Shown here piece by piece: positions 1 through 7,569 of a stretch of 64,000 nucleotides of DNA. A model generated the notes under the pieces. The model had not been told where the DNA came from, ran no database searches, and saw only the letters and a list, made by a program, of their open reading frames with translations. Each line of letters starts with the position of its first letter. The stretch's first letter is position 1. Origin of the DNA: an uncultured Bacillota bacterium (GTDB lineage: Bacteria; Bacillota; Limnochordia; Limnochordales; ZCTH02-B6); assembly GCA_937975235.1 (NCBI GenBank), contig CALJUZ010000001.1:21885-85884 (forward strand), given 5' to 3'. The translations under genes were made by a program, and so were the position numbers.

Positions 1-983
1 TGGGCCGCGTCCCACTGCCGGCGCAGCTCGGGATAGGCCTCGGACCACGCCGCGAACTTGGCCTCCCACTCTTCCCGGGCGGCCCGCCACCCTTCGCGCT
101 TGGCGGCGAAGAACTCGTACACCTCCGGCGGGACGTAGAACGGATCCTGCGGCATGCCCAGCGCCTCTTTAAGCGCTTTGACGGCGTCCTCGCCCAGCGG
201 GGCGCCGTGGACCGCGGACGTGTTCTCCTTGACGCTGTGGCGGCCGATGGTGGTGCGGGCCACGATGAGGCTGGGCTTGTCGGTCACTTGCCGGGCCCGG
301 GCCACGGCGGCCGTGATGGCCTCAAGATCATGGCCGTCGATGGTTTCCACCGACCAGCCGTACGCTTCGAAGCGGCCGGCCACCGACTCGGTGAAAGCCA
401 GATCGGTGGAGCCGTCGATGGTGATCTTGTTGTCGTCGTAAATGACGATGAGCTTGTGCAGCTTCAGGTGCCCCGCCAGCGAGGCCGCTTCCGAGGCCAC
501 CCCCTCCATCATGTCGCCGTCGCTGGCCAAGACGTACGTGTAGTGATCCACGATGTCGTAGCCGGGCCTGTTGTACCGGGCGGCCAGCATGCGCTCGGCC
601 AGCGCCATGCCCACCGCGTTGCCCAGCCCCTGGCCCAGCGGCCCCGTGGTCGTTTCCACGCCGGGCGTATACCCGTATTCTGGATGGCCCGGCGTCTTGG
701 AGCCCAGCTGGCGGAACTGCTTGATGTCGTCCATGCTGACTTCGTACCCGGTCAGGTGCAGGAGGGCGTAGAGCAGCATGGAGCCGTGGCCCGCGGACAA
801 CACGAACCGGTCGCGGTTGGGCCAGCGCGGCGCGGCCGGATCGTGGCGGAGCACCTCCGAGAAGAGGGCCGTGCCGATTTCAGCGCACCCCAGGGGCAAG
901 CCCGGATGGCCCGATTTGGCCTTCTCCACCGCGTCGGCCGACAGCGTGCGCACGGTGTGAGCGACGGTGGTCAGTATAGACAT
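1..983 (-). CDS. tkt: Transketolase, N-terminal ~327 codons (3' end lies beyond the window start)
   Basis: Absent from the ORF track because the frame stays open to the window edge. My minus-strand translation from ATG at 983 (GGAGA 8 nt upstream) reads [41 protein letters not shown]...[18 protein letters not shown]...[16 protein letters not shown]...[10 protein letters not shown]. This is the TPP-binding half of transketolase. The + strand ORFs 154..441 and 207..1064 are antisense shadows. Confidence 0.9.
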   Translation of the reverse strand, partial: MSILTTVAHTVRTLSADAVEKAKSGHPGLPLGCAEIGTALFSEVLRHDPAAPRWPNRDRFVLSAGHGSMLLYALLHLTGYEVSMDDIKQFRQLGSKTPGHPEYGYTPGVETTTGPLGQGLGNAVGMALAERMLAARYNRPGYDIVDHYTYVLASDGDMMEGVASEAASLAGHLKLHKLIVIYDDNKITIDGSTDLAFTESVAGRFEAYGWSVETIDGHDLEAITAAVARARQVTDKPSLIVARTTIGRHSVKENTSAVHGAPLGEDAVKALKEALGMPQDPFYVPPEVYEFFAAKREGWRAAREEWEAKFAAWSEAYPELRRQWDAA

Positions 984-1012
984 GGCAATGATCTCCTTCC
1001 GTGGTCATTGTG

Positions 1013-1903
1013 TCACAGGAAGACGCGGTCGATAAGCAAAGCCACGAACCACAGCGCCAGGTAGAAGATGGAGAAGATGAACACGTCGCGCGCCGACTCC
1101 CGGGATTTGTCCTTCAGCAGCTTCCACGCCTTCTGCAGAAAAACGAGGGTCACCGCCATGCCGCCCGCCAGGAAAATGACGCCGGCGAAATCGATGAGGT
1201 AAAAGGCCAGGGTCAGCGGCACCAGCAGCGCGGTATAAATGAAAATCTGCTTGCGGGTTTCGTCGTGGCCCCGCACCACCGGCAACATGGGCACGCCCGC
1301 GCGCGCGTAGTCCTCCGAGGCCAGCAGCGCCAGCGCCCAGAAGTGGGGCGGCGTCCAGAGGAAAATGACCAAGAACAGCAGCCACGCGGGCAGGGCCACC
1401 GTGCCCGTGACGGCCGCCCACGCGATGAGGGGCGCGACCGAGCCCGCTGCGCCGCCGATGACGATGTTCTGCGGCGTCCGGCGTTTGAGGAACAGCGTGT
1501 ACACGCAGACGTAGAACAAAATGCCGGACAGGGCGATGACCGCGGCCAGCGCGTTGGTGGTCGTCCACAGCAGCGCCACCGACGCCACGCCCAGCCCGAT
1601 GCCGAACATCAGCGCTTCGTTGGGCGTCACTTTGCCCGCGGGAATGGGGCGGGTGCGGGTGCGTTTCATGATCTGGTCGATGTCGCGGTCAAAGTACATG
1701 TTCAGCGCGTTGGCCGAGCCCGACGCCATGGCCGTGCCGAGCACGGTGGTCACCACCAAGCCCGGCGAGGGCATTTCGCCCGGAATGACGAACAACGTGA
1801 GAAAGCCGGTCACCAGGACAAGGAGCATAATGGTGGGCTTGGTCAGCGCCAGGAAATCGCCGGCGGTGCGGCGGACGGTGGGATTGGTTGCGACCTGAGC
1901 CAT
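1013..1903 (-). CDS. ctaB: Protoheme IX farnesyltransferase (heme O synthase)
   Basis: 296-aa polytopic membrane ORF with UbiA-family motifs (NALNMYFDRDIDQIMKRTRTRPIP; WTPPHFWALAL). ATG start. Lies 29 nt upstream of tkt on the same strand. Confidence 0.9.
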   Translation of the reverse strand: MAQVATNPTVRRTAGDFLALTKPTIMLLVLVTGFLTLFVIPGEMPSPGLVVTTVLGTAMASGSANALNMYFDRDIDQIMKRTRTRPIPAGKVTPNEALMFGIGLGVASVALLWTTTNALAAVIALSGILFYVCVYTLFLKRRTPQNIVIGGAAGSVAPLIAWAAVTGTVALPAWLLFLVIFLWTPPHFWALALLASEDYARAGVPMLPVVRGHDETRKQIFIYTALLVPLTLAFYLIDFAGVIFLAGGMAVTLVFLQKAWKLLKDKSRESARDVFIFSIFYLALWFVALLIDRVFL

Positions 1904-1940
1904 GGGACAACATCACTTCCACTTCTGCAAAATGCTGCCG

Positions 1941-1969
1941 CCGGGACGGGCATGGTGCCCGTCCCCGGC
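1941..1969 (-). other. GC-rich hairpin between the HNH-protein gene and ctaB (possible terminator or attenuator)
   Basis: Minus strand reads CCGGGGACGGGC-accat-GCCCGTCCCGG, a ~10-bp stem with one bulge. It is followed only by a displaced short T-run (GCAGCATTTTG). Confidence 0.3.
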
Positions 1970-2018
1970 GTTCAAGCCTAGACGTGCGGGTGGCCGCCCC
2001 GGGCGGCGGCCCTTCGGG

Positions 2019-3761
2019 CTAGGACGCCGCCAGGGACGCCTCCTCCGAACAGCTGACGATGCGGTCGCCGTCCACCGTGACGACGAACCGACTGCCGTTT
2101 TTCGACACCAGCAGGCGCCCGTCCTGGTCCGGCACGCCTTTCTGCAAGAGCGGCAGCAGCGCCATGGCCACCGCCAGCGGGCTGGTCCGTCCGAAGCGGC
2201 TCAAATACCATACGTACGCATCGGGCGAAAGGGCGTGAATCATGTGGACCAGGTGCACCGTGCGGCGCCGCCCCCGTTCCTCCACCAGCACGGAGCGCCC
2301 CTCCCAGTCCAGCAGCCGGAACGTGCCTTTGCGGCCTTCGGCTTCGGCCAAAAGCCGGCCCTTGCTGGTCGCGCCCGCCGCCGACGCCCGCGGCAGCTGC
2401 TCGATGGTGCGCAGCGTCGCGGTGCGGGCCGCCCAGTGGGCCTCCCTGGCTCGTGCCTGCAGCGCCGTGAGGGTGTCGGCCTGCACCGCCTCCAGCCACG
2501 CGGGGTCGGCCTCCACGGCCTCGGCCGGCTTGGCCGCCGGGGCGGGCTGCTCCTCGGCCGCAGCCTTTTGCCGGCCGGCGGCCGGGCCGGCCGCCCCTTC
2601 GTCGGCGCCTGCGGCGCCGTCGGCGGGCGGGGTCGCCGCGGCTGCTTTCCCGCTCGCGGGGTCTTGGGCGCCGGCTTTGGCGGCGGCGCCCGGGGGCTTG
2701 GCCCGCGCGGCGCCTTTGTCGGCGGCCGCCTGCTCGTCCGCCGCGGTCTTCGCGGAGGCGGCGGCTTCCGGAGTGCCTTTCGCCCGGGAAGCCTCCCGGG
2801 CGTCGGCGGCTTTCGCCGCCGGAGCGGCCTTCGCATCCTTCTTGCCGCCGGAGCCGTTCTTATGGGCGCTGCGGGACCCGTCGCCGGCCGCGGCCGCCTC
2901 CAGGGTGGCCGCCACCGGCGCGGGCACGTCCACCGGCTGGGCCTGGAACGCGCCCGTCGTCACCGCCGGCCGGCCGCGCCGCACGCCGCCCCGGCCGTTG
3001 CGGGCCCGCCGCGGAACGCGCCCGTACCAGCCCGCGGCTTCCGCGCCGGGCTGCGGGAAAAACGGCGGGTACTGCTCCGGCAGCGCGTTGCCTTTCAGCT
3101 CGTTGCAGGAACGGTGGGCCAGCTGGACGTTGGCCAAAGCGTCCGGCCCGCCCTGGCTGACGGGGATGACGTGGTCCTGCGTCGCTTCCTCCAGCGAGGC
3201 GATGGGCCCGCCGCACAAGCCGCACACCAGCTCCAGGCCGCGCACGTGCACCAGGATGCGCTTGCGGGCTTCGCCGTGGGGAATGACCCAGTGCCCGCTA
3301 GGGTGGGCGTTCAGGTAGCCGCGCTCCAGCGCCTGCTGAATTTCCTCGGGCGTCATGAGGCCCTCGATGAGGCGCAGGGTGGAATGGTACACCATGACGG
3401 CGTCGTCCCACCACGGCAGCGTGCCCGGCAGCGTGCGCTTGTTCAGCGTTACCCAGCGGGCCGCCAGGCGGGACGTCCCGCGGGGCAGCGTGCCCGGATG
3501 AATTTTAGCTAAATAACCGATGAGGGCGTGGCGCCGGGCGGCCGGCGGCTCGTCTTTGCCCAGCCACGCCTCGCAGCCCTGCATCTCGCCCACGGCCAGC
3601 ACGTCGCTGACCCAGGTGAGGTCGCCGGCTTCGTTGCGGAGAAATATCGTATCGCCCACGTTCAGGCCTTTGCCCGGCGGCACCAGCAGCACCCGCTGCT
3701 GATCCGCCACGGGCACGGACGTGGCGAAAAATGTCGAGTCCAAAAGGACGTGTACGCTCAA
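2019..3761 (-). CDS. Multidomain HNH-endonuclease-domain protein: unknown N-terminal domain, HNH, Ala/Lys/Pro/Glu low-complexity linker, unknown C-terminal domain
   Basis: The track ORF is 2019..3803. HNH motif: CGLCGGPI...DHVIPVSQGGPD...NVQLAHRSCNELKGN. I prefer the in-frame TTG at 3761, because GAGGGAGG (3772-3779) sits 10 nt upstream and a TATAAT -10 lies at 3816-3821, which leaves no room for an RBS before the GTG at 3803. Codon usage is coding-like throughout. Confidence 0.75.
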   Translation of the reverse strand: MSVHVLLDSTFFATSVPVADQQRVLLVPPGKGLNVGDTIFLRNEAGDLTWVSDVLAVGEMQGCEAWLGKDEPPAARRHALIGYLAKIHPGTLPRGTSRLAARWVTLNKRTLPGTLPWWDDAVMVYHSTLRLIEGLMTPEEIQQALERGYLNAHPSGHWVIPHGEARKRILVHVRGLELVCGLCGGPIASLEEATQDHVIPVSQGGPDALANVQLAHRSCNELKGNALPEQYPPFFPQPGAEAAGWYGRVPRRARNGRGGVRRGRPAVTTGAFQAQPVDVPAPVAATLEAAAAGDGSRSAHKNGSGGKKDAKAAPAAKAADAREASRAKGTPEAAASAKTAADEQAAADKGAARAKPPGAAAKAGAQDPASGKAAAATPPADGAAGADEGAAGPAAGRQKAAAEEQPAPAAKPAEAVEADPAWLEAVQADTLTALQARAREAHWAARTATLRTIEQLPRASAAGATSKGRLLAEAEGRKGTFRLLDWEGRSVLVEERGRRRTVHLVHMIHALSPDAYVWYLSRFGRTSPLAVAMALLPLLQKGVPDQDGRLLVSKNGSRFVVTVDGDRIVSCSEEASLAAS

Positions 3762-3815
3762 ACTGAAAAGGCCTCCCTCGGGTGCGGCCGAGAATGCACG
3801 CACTGCACCCCGTCT

Positions 3816-3821
3816 ATTATA
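3816..3821 (-). promoter_or_regulatory. Candidate -10 box (TATAAT) for the HNH-protein gene
   Basis: A perfect TATAAT on the minus strand in an AT-richer island. The -35 is weak (TGGGAT-like). Confidence 0.4.
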
Positions 3822-3878
3822 CAGGATAGTTTCGAAAGATCCCAGGGAATGGTGACCATGCCCTTTTCGCCCGGCTCA

Positions 3879-3887
3879 TGGTACAAT
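3879..3887 (+). promoter_or_regulatory. Candidate extended -10 promoter (TGgTACAAT) for fumC
   Basis: TGgTACAAT lies ~145 nt upstream of the fumC start, in the divergent intergenic region. Confidence 0.45.
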
Positions 3888-4031
3888 GCGGTTGGTGTGC
3901 CCGCGGCCGGGGAGCAGGCCGCCGTCTCGGGCGGTTTAGGATAGAGGCGCAACGTGAAGGATGGACCGACGGATTTAGAGAAGAGACGTCGTTTGGACTC
4001 GTCTCTCGAATTCCCTGGAGGTGTACGAGCG

Positions 4032-5423
4032 TTGTCGGTACGTATCGAGAAGGACTCGATGGGTGAAGTGCGCGTTCCCGCCCACGCCTACTACGGGGCG
4101 CAGACGCAGCGGGCCGTGGACAACTTCCAGATCAGCGGGCTGCGCATGCCGCGGGAGTTCATCCGCGCGCTGGGCATCGTCAAGTGGGCGGCGGCCCGGT
4201 CCAACGAATCGCTGGGCCTGCTGGACCCCAAGCTCTCCGCGGCCATTCAGCAGGCGGCCGACGAAGTCATCGAGGGCCAATGGGACGATCACTTTCCGGT
4301 TGACATCTTCCAAACCGGCTCCGGCACGTCGACGAATATGAACACCAACGAGGTCATCGCCAACCGGGCCATTGAAATCTTGGGCGGGACCATCGGCAGC
4401 AAGAGCCCGGTGCACCCCAACGACCACGTCAACCGGGGTCAGTCCAGCAACGACGTCATTCCCACCGCGCTGCACGTGGGCATCATGGAGGTCATCGACA
4501 ACCTGACCTTGCCGGCGCTGGAACAGCTGCACGCCTCTTTGGCCAAGAAGGCGGAAGAGTTCCACCACGTGCTCAAGATCGGGCGCACGCACCTGCAGGA
4601 CGCGACGCCCATCCGCCTGGGCCAGGAGTTCTCCGGCTATGCCCGCCAGATCGAGCTGGGCATCGAGCGCGTCAAGGCGGCGCGGGCCGGGATGCTGGAG
4701 CTGGCGCTAGGCGGCACCGCGGTGGGCACCGGCATCAACACGCACCCCGAGTTCGCCCGGCGGGCCATCAAGGAGATTGCCGAGCGCACGGGCATCCCGT
4801 TCGTGGAGGCGGTCAACCACTTCGAGGCCCAGGCCAACCAGGACTCCATGGTGTTCATGAGCGGCGCCCTGCGCACCGTCGCCACGTCCATGATGAAGAT
4901 CGCCAACGACATCCGCTGGCTGGGCTCGGGCCCGCGCGCGGGCATCGGCGAGCTGAAGATCCCGTCGCTGCAGCCCGGGTCGTCCATCATGCCGGGCAAA
5001 GTGAACCCGGTCATCCCGGAAGTGGTCGTGCAGGTGGCCGCGCAGGTGACGGGCAACGACGCGGCGGTCAACATCGGCGGCCAGTGGGGACAGCTGGAAC
5101 TTAACACGATGCTGCCGATGATGGGGTATAATTTGTTGCAGTCGGCCAAACTGGTCGGCACCGCGGCCAAGGCGTTCGCGGAAAAGACCATCGACGGCCT
5201 GGAGGCGGACGAGGAGCGGTGCGCGGCGCTCATCGAAGGCAGCCTGGCGCTGGTGACGCCGCTGGCCACCCGCATCGGCTACGACAAGGCCGCGGCCATC
5301 GCGTACGAGGCGTACAACACGGGCCGCACGGTGCGGGAAGTGGCCATGGAGCAAGGCGTGCTGCCGGAGGACGAGCTCGCGCGCATTCTCGATCCGGCCG
5401 CCATGGTCGAGCCGAAAGGATGA
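4032..5423 (+). CDS. fumC: Class II fumarate hydratase (fumarase C)
   Basis: The track ORF is 3954..5423. It carries the fumarate lyase signature GSSIMPGKVNP and the fumarase-like N-terminus RIEKDSMGEVRVPAHAYYGAQTQRAVDNF. The in-frame TTG at 4032 sits 9 nt after GGAGGT and gives 463 aa, a typical FumC length. Confidence 0.9.
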   Translation: MSVRIEKDSMGEVRVPAHAYYGAQTQRAVDNFQISGLRMPREFIRALGIVKWAAARSNESLGLLDPKLSAAIQQAADEVIEGQWDDHFPVDIFQTGSGTSTNMNTNEVIANRAIEILGGTIGSKSPVHPNDHVNRGQSSNDVIPTALHVGIMEVIDNLTLPALEQLHASLAKKAEEFHHVLKIGRTHLQDATPIRLGQEFSGYARQIELGIERVKAARAGMLELALGGTAVGTGINTHPEFARRAIKEIAERTGIPFVEAVNHFEAQANQDSMVFMSGALRTVATSMMKIANDIRWLGSGPRAGIGELKIPSLQPGSSIMPGKVNPVIPEVVVQVAAQVTGNDAAVNIGGQWGQLELNTMLPMMGYNLLQSAKLVGTAAKAFAEKTIDGLEADEERCAALIEGSLALVTPLATRIGYDKAAAIAYEAYNTGRTVREVAMEQGVLPEDELARILDPAAMVEPKG

Positions 5424-5429
5424 TGACTT

Positions 5430-5765
5430 TTGGATTACGCGGCCAAGCGTTCGCACGTCATCGGCGTCCTGGACGCGGTCCGGCGGAAGACCAATGATCC
5501 GGTCTACGCCAAAGCGCTGCAGCGCGTGACGTCCATCGCGGTCTGGGTCGTGGACCAGAACCGGTACAAGCCGGAAGTGTCGGCCCGTCAAATGCTGGAG
5601 CAGGTCCTGCACGAGATCGACTTGTACCGGCAAAAAATGTTCATCGACGGCTTCGGCGACGCCGGGTTCCATGACGCCGTGGTGCGGGCCAAGGAACTGG
5701 TCATCGACGCGTTCCAAGAGCTCATCGACAAGGAAGAAGAAGCGGCCGAGAAGGCGTCGGTGTAA
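5430..5765 (+). CDS. Hypothetical small acidic protein (111 aa)
   Basis: The ORF has balanced, non-shadow composition (K, Y, F, I, D and E present). It starts 7 nt after the fumC stop. I recognise no motif. Confidence 0.55.
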   Translation: MDYAAKRSHVIGVLDAVRRKTNDPVYAKALQRVTSIAVWVVDQNRYKPEVSARQMLEQVLHEIDLYRQKMFIDGFGDAGFHDAVVRAKELVIDAFQELIDKEEEAAEKASV

Positions 5766-5906
5766 GGCGGTCGGCACCGCCCAAACCATCCATGTTTCAG
5801 ACCATGTCGTCGCGCAGGGCCCTCGCGGATCTTTCCGGGCGCGGCCGCGCCGGCCGCGGGGCCCTGCGGCGGCGTCTTTGGTGTCTTTCCTGAGTTTAGA
5901 ACAGTA

Positions 5907-6176
5907 TTGCGGGGGGGTATGTGTGTGAAGGTGCAGATTCCCGGCCGGCCGCAGCTGCTGGGCAATACGCCGGAGGAAATCCTTGAAGGGCTGATGGAGC
6001 TGGGTTTCATGGACCCGCCGTCGTCGTCGCCCGAAAGCTACGTGGAGCATCTGGCCGGCCAGCTGTCGTCCCGTTTCGGCGTCGAGGTGGACCGGGACGG
6101 CGACCTGGCCGACCGGGCCGAGGCCGTCATCTACGCGCTGGCGTCGGTGGGCCAGCTGGACGTGCTGGAAGACTGA
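5907..6176 (+). CDS. Hypothetical small acidic protein (~84-89 aa)
   Basis: Coding-like composition (VKVQIPGRPQLLGNTPEEILEGLMELGF...). Followed by an intrinsic terminator at 6201-6251. The start may be the internal GTG (VKVQ...). Confidence 0.5.
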   Translation: MRGGMCVKVQIPGRPQLLGNTPEEILEGLMELGFMDPPSSSPESYVEHLAGQLSSRFGVEVDRDGDLADRAEAVIYALASVGQLDVLED

Positions 6177-6200
6177 CGGTTCCGCGCATTGGCCTCTAGG

Positions 6201-6251
6201 CCATGGACGCGCTGACCGCTGCGCGGCGGTCAGGCGGCCATGGTCTTTTTT
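6201..6251 (+). terminator. Rho-independent terminator
   Basis: CCATGG-acgcg-CTGACCGC-tgcgcg-GCGGTCAG-gcggc-CCATGG followed by TCTTTTTT. The two stem segments are separated by a symmetric internal loop. Confidence 0.6.
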
Positions 6252-6360
6252 GTGTCGGAGCTTCCGGCTCGGTCCGGCGCGGCCGCCGGGCGCGGCCGGC
6301 CCGGTTTTGCCGGCCCGGCGCAGGGACCGGGGGGCGCCACGGCGAAAACAGCTCAAACGG

Positions 6361-7569
6361 ATGTTTGCTTCGTCGGAGGCGCAGGCGGTGTCGGAAACGC
6401 TGCGAATACTGCACTTGGCCGATTTGCATTTGGGCTGGAAACCGCATTTTCTCGGCCCGCTGGCGGAGGAGCGGCAGCGGGAGCGCGACGGCTTGCTGCG
6501 GCGGGCCGTCGATTTCGTGCTGCAGGAGCGGGCGGCGGACATGGTGGTCATCGCGGGCGACCTCTTCGAAACGCACACGCCGCCGTCGGGGCTGGTTGAG
6601 TCGGTCATCAGCGACCTGCAGCGCCTGGAGGCCGCGGGCGTTCCCGTGGTGACGGTGCCGGGCAACCACGACGAAATTACGTACGCCGACTCGGTGTACC
6701 GCGTCCACGGCGGGCGCTGGCCGGGCGTGCTGGTGCAAAATCCCATGCCCGAACACGTCGGCACCATCACGGTCAAGGGCGTCCCCGTGCACGTCTACGG
6801 CTTGGCGTACACGGGCGGGCTCACCCGCACGCGGCCGCCCATTGCCGAGTTTCCCCGCCTGGATCGGGACGGCGTCCACCTGGCCGTCTTCCACGGCTCC
6901 CTGGACTGGGACGCGGGCGACCGCAGCCTGCCGCTCATGTCACCCGCGCTGGCCGCCGCGGGCTACGACTACATCGCCCTCGGCCACATCCACCGGCCGG
7001 GCGAGAAAAAGGTGGGTCCCGGTCTGGCGGTGTACCCGGGCATGGTGGAGGGCAAGGGCTTCAGCGACCCGGGCACGGGCCGGTTTACCATCGTCGTCCT
7101 GCGCGTCGGACGGGAAGGGCCGCGCGTGCGGGCCGAGGGCGCCGAAGTGGTGCACGTCGCGGCGGGCGTGCGCCCGGTGCGGACCGTCGAGGTAGACGTG
7201 ACCCCGCTGAAGGACCTGGATGCGCTGGAGCCGTCGATTCGCGAGGCGGCCGGGGCCGCCGGCGAGAGCGCGGCGGGCCCCGGCCCCATCGTGCAGGTGC
7301 GGCTGGTGGGCGCGGCGCCGGGCTTTATCGACGTGGAGGCGCTGACGGCCCGGCTGGCGGCCGGCTTCTACTTCCTGGAGATCATCGACGACACGGCCGC
7401 CTTCGACGACGCCGTCATCGAGCGGCTGGCTCTGGAGCCGACGGTCCGGGGCGAGTTCGTCCGCCGCATGAGGGCCCTCATGGACGACGCCGAGGACGAG
7501 GCCGCCCGCGAGCTGGCGGCTCGCGCGCTGCGCCGCGGCCTGGCGGCCCTGGGGGGGATGGCCCCGTGA
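6361..7569 (+). CDS. SbcD/Mre11-family metallophosphoesterase nuclease (YhaO/SbcF-like)
   Basis: The track ORF is 6250..7569. Calcineurin-like phosphoesterase motifs: LRILHLADLHLG, VVIAGDLFE, TVPGNHDE, IALGHIH. The start is ATG 6361 or GTG 6388 (GGAGG 8 nt upstream). The stop overlaps the next start (GTGA, 7566-7569). Confidence 0.8.
   Translation: MFASSEAQAVSETLRILHLADLHLGWKPHFLGPLAEERQRERDGLLRRAVDFVLQERAADMVVIAGDLFETHTPPSGLVESVISDLQRLEAAGVPVVTVPGNHDEITYADSVYRVHGGRWPGVLVQNPMPEHVGTITVKGVPVHVYGLAYTGGLTRTRPPIAEFPRLDRDGVHLAVFHGSLDWDAGDRSLPLMSPALAAAGYDYIALGHIHRPGEKKVGPGLAVYPGMVEGKGFSDPGTGRFTIVVLRVGREGPRVRAEGAEVVHVAAGVRPVRTVEVDVTPLKDLDALEPSIREAAGAAGESAAGPGPIVQVRLVGAAPGFIDVEALTARLAAGFYFLEIIDDTAAFDDAVIERLALEPTVRGEFVRRMRALMDDAEDEAARELAARALRRGLAALGGMAP

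Noticed and set aside
2480-2900. The GC-rich low-complexity DNA inside the HNH-protein gene as a tandem repeat, VNTR or CRISPR-like array.
   Set aside because: No exact or fixed-period repeat unit is visible. It is in frame, and it encodes a compositionally biased Ala/Lys/Pro/Glu linker.
2019-3803. The HNH gene as a mobile homing endonuclease, group II intron ORF or restriction-system component.
   Set aside because: There is no reverse transcriptase or maturase domain, no intron RNA structure and no flanking direct or inverted repeats. There is no methyltransferase, ATPase or other defence gene next to it. Its neighbours are ctaB and fumC.
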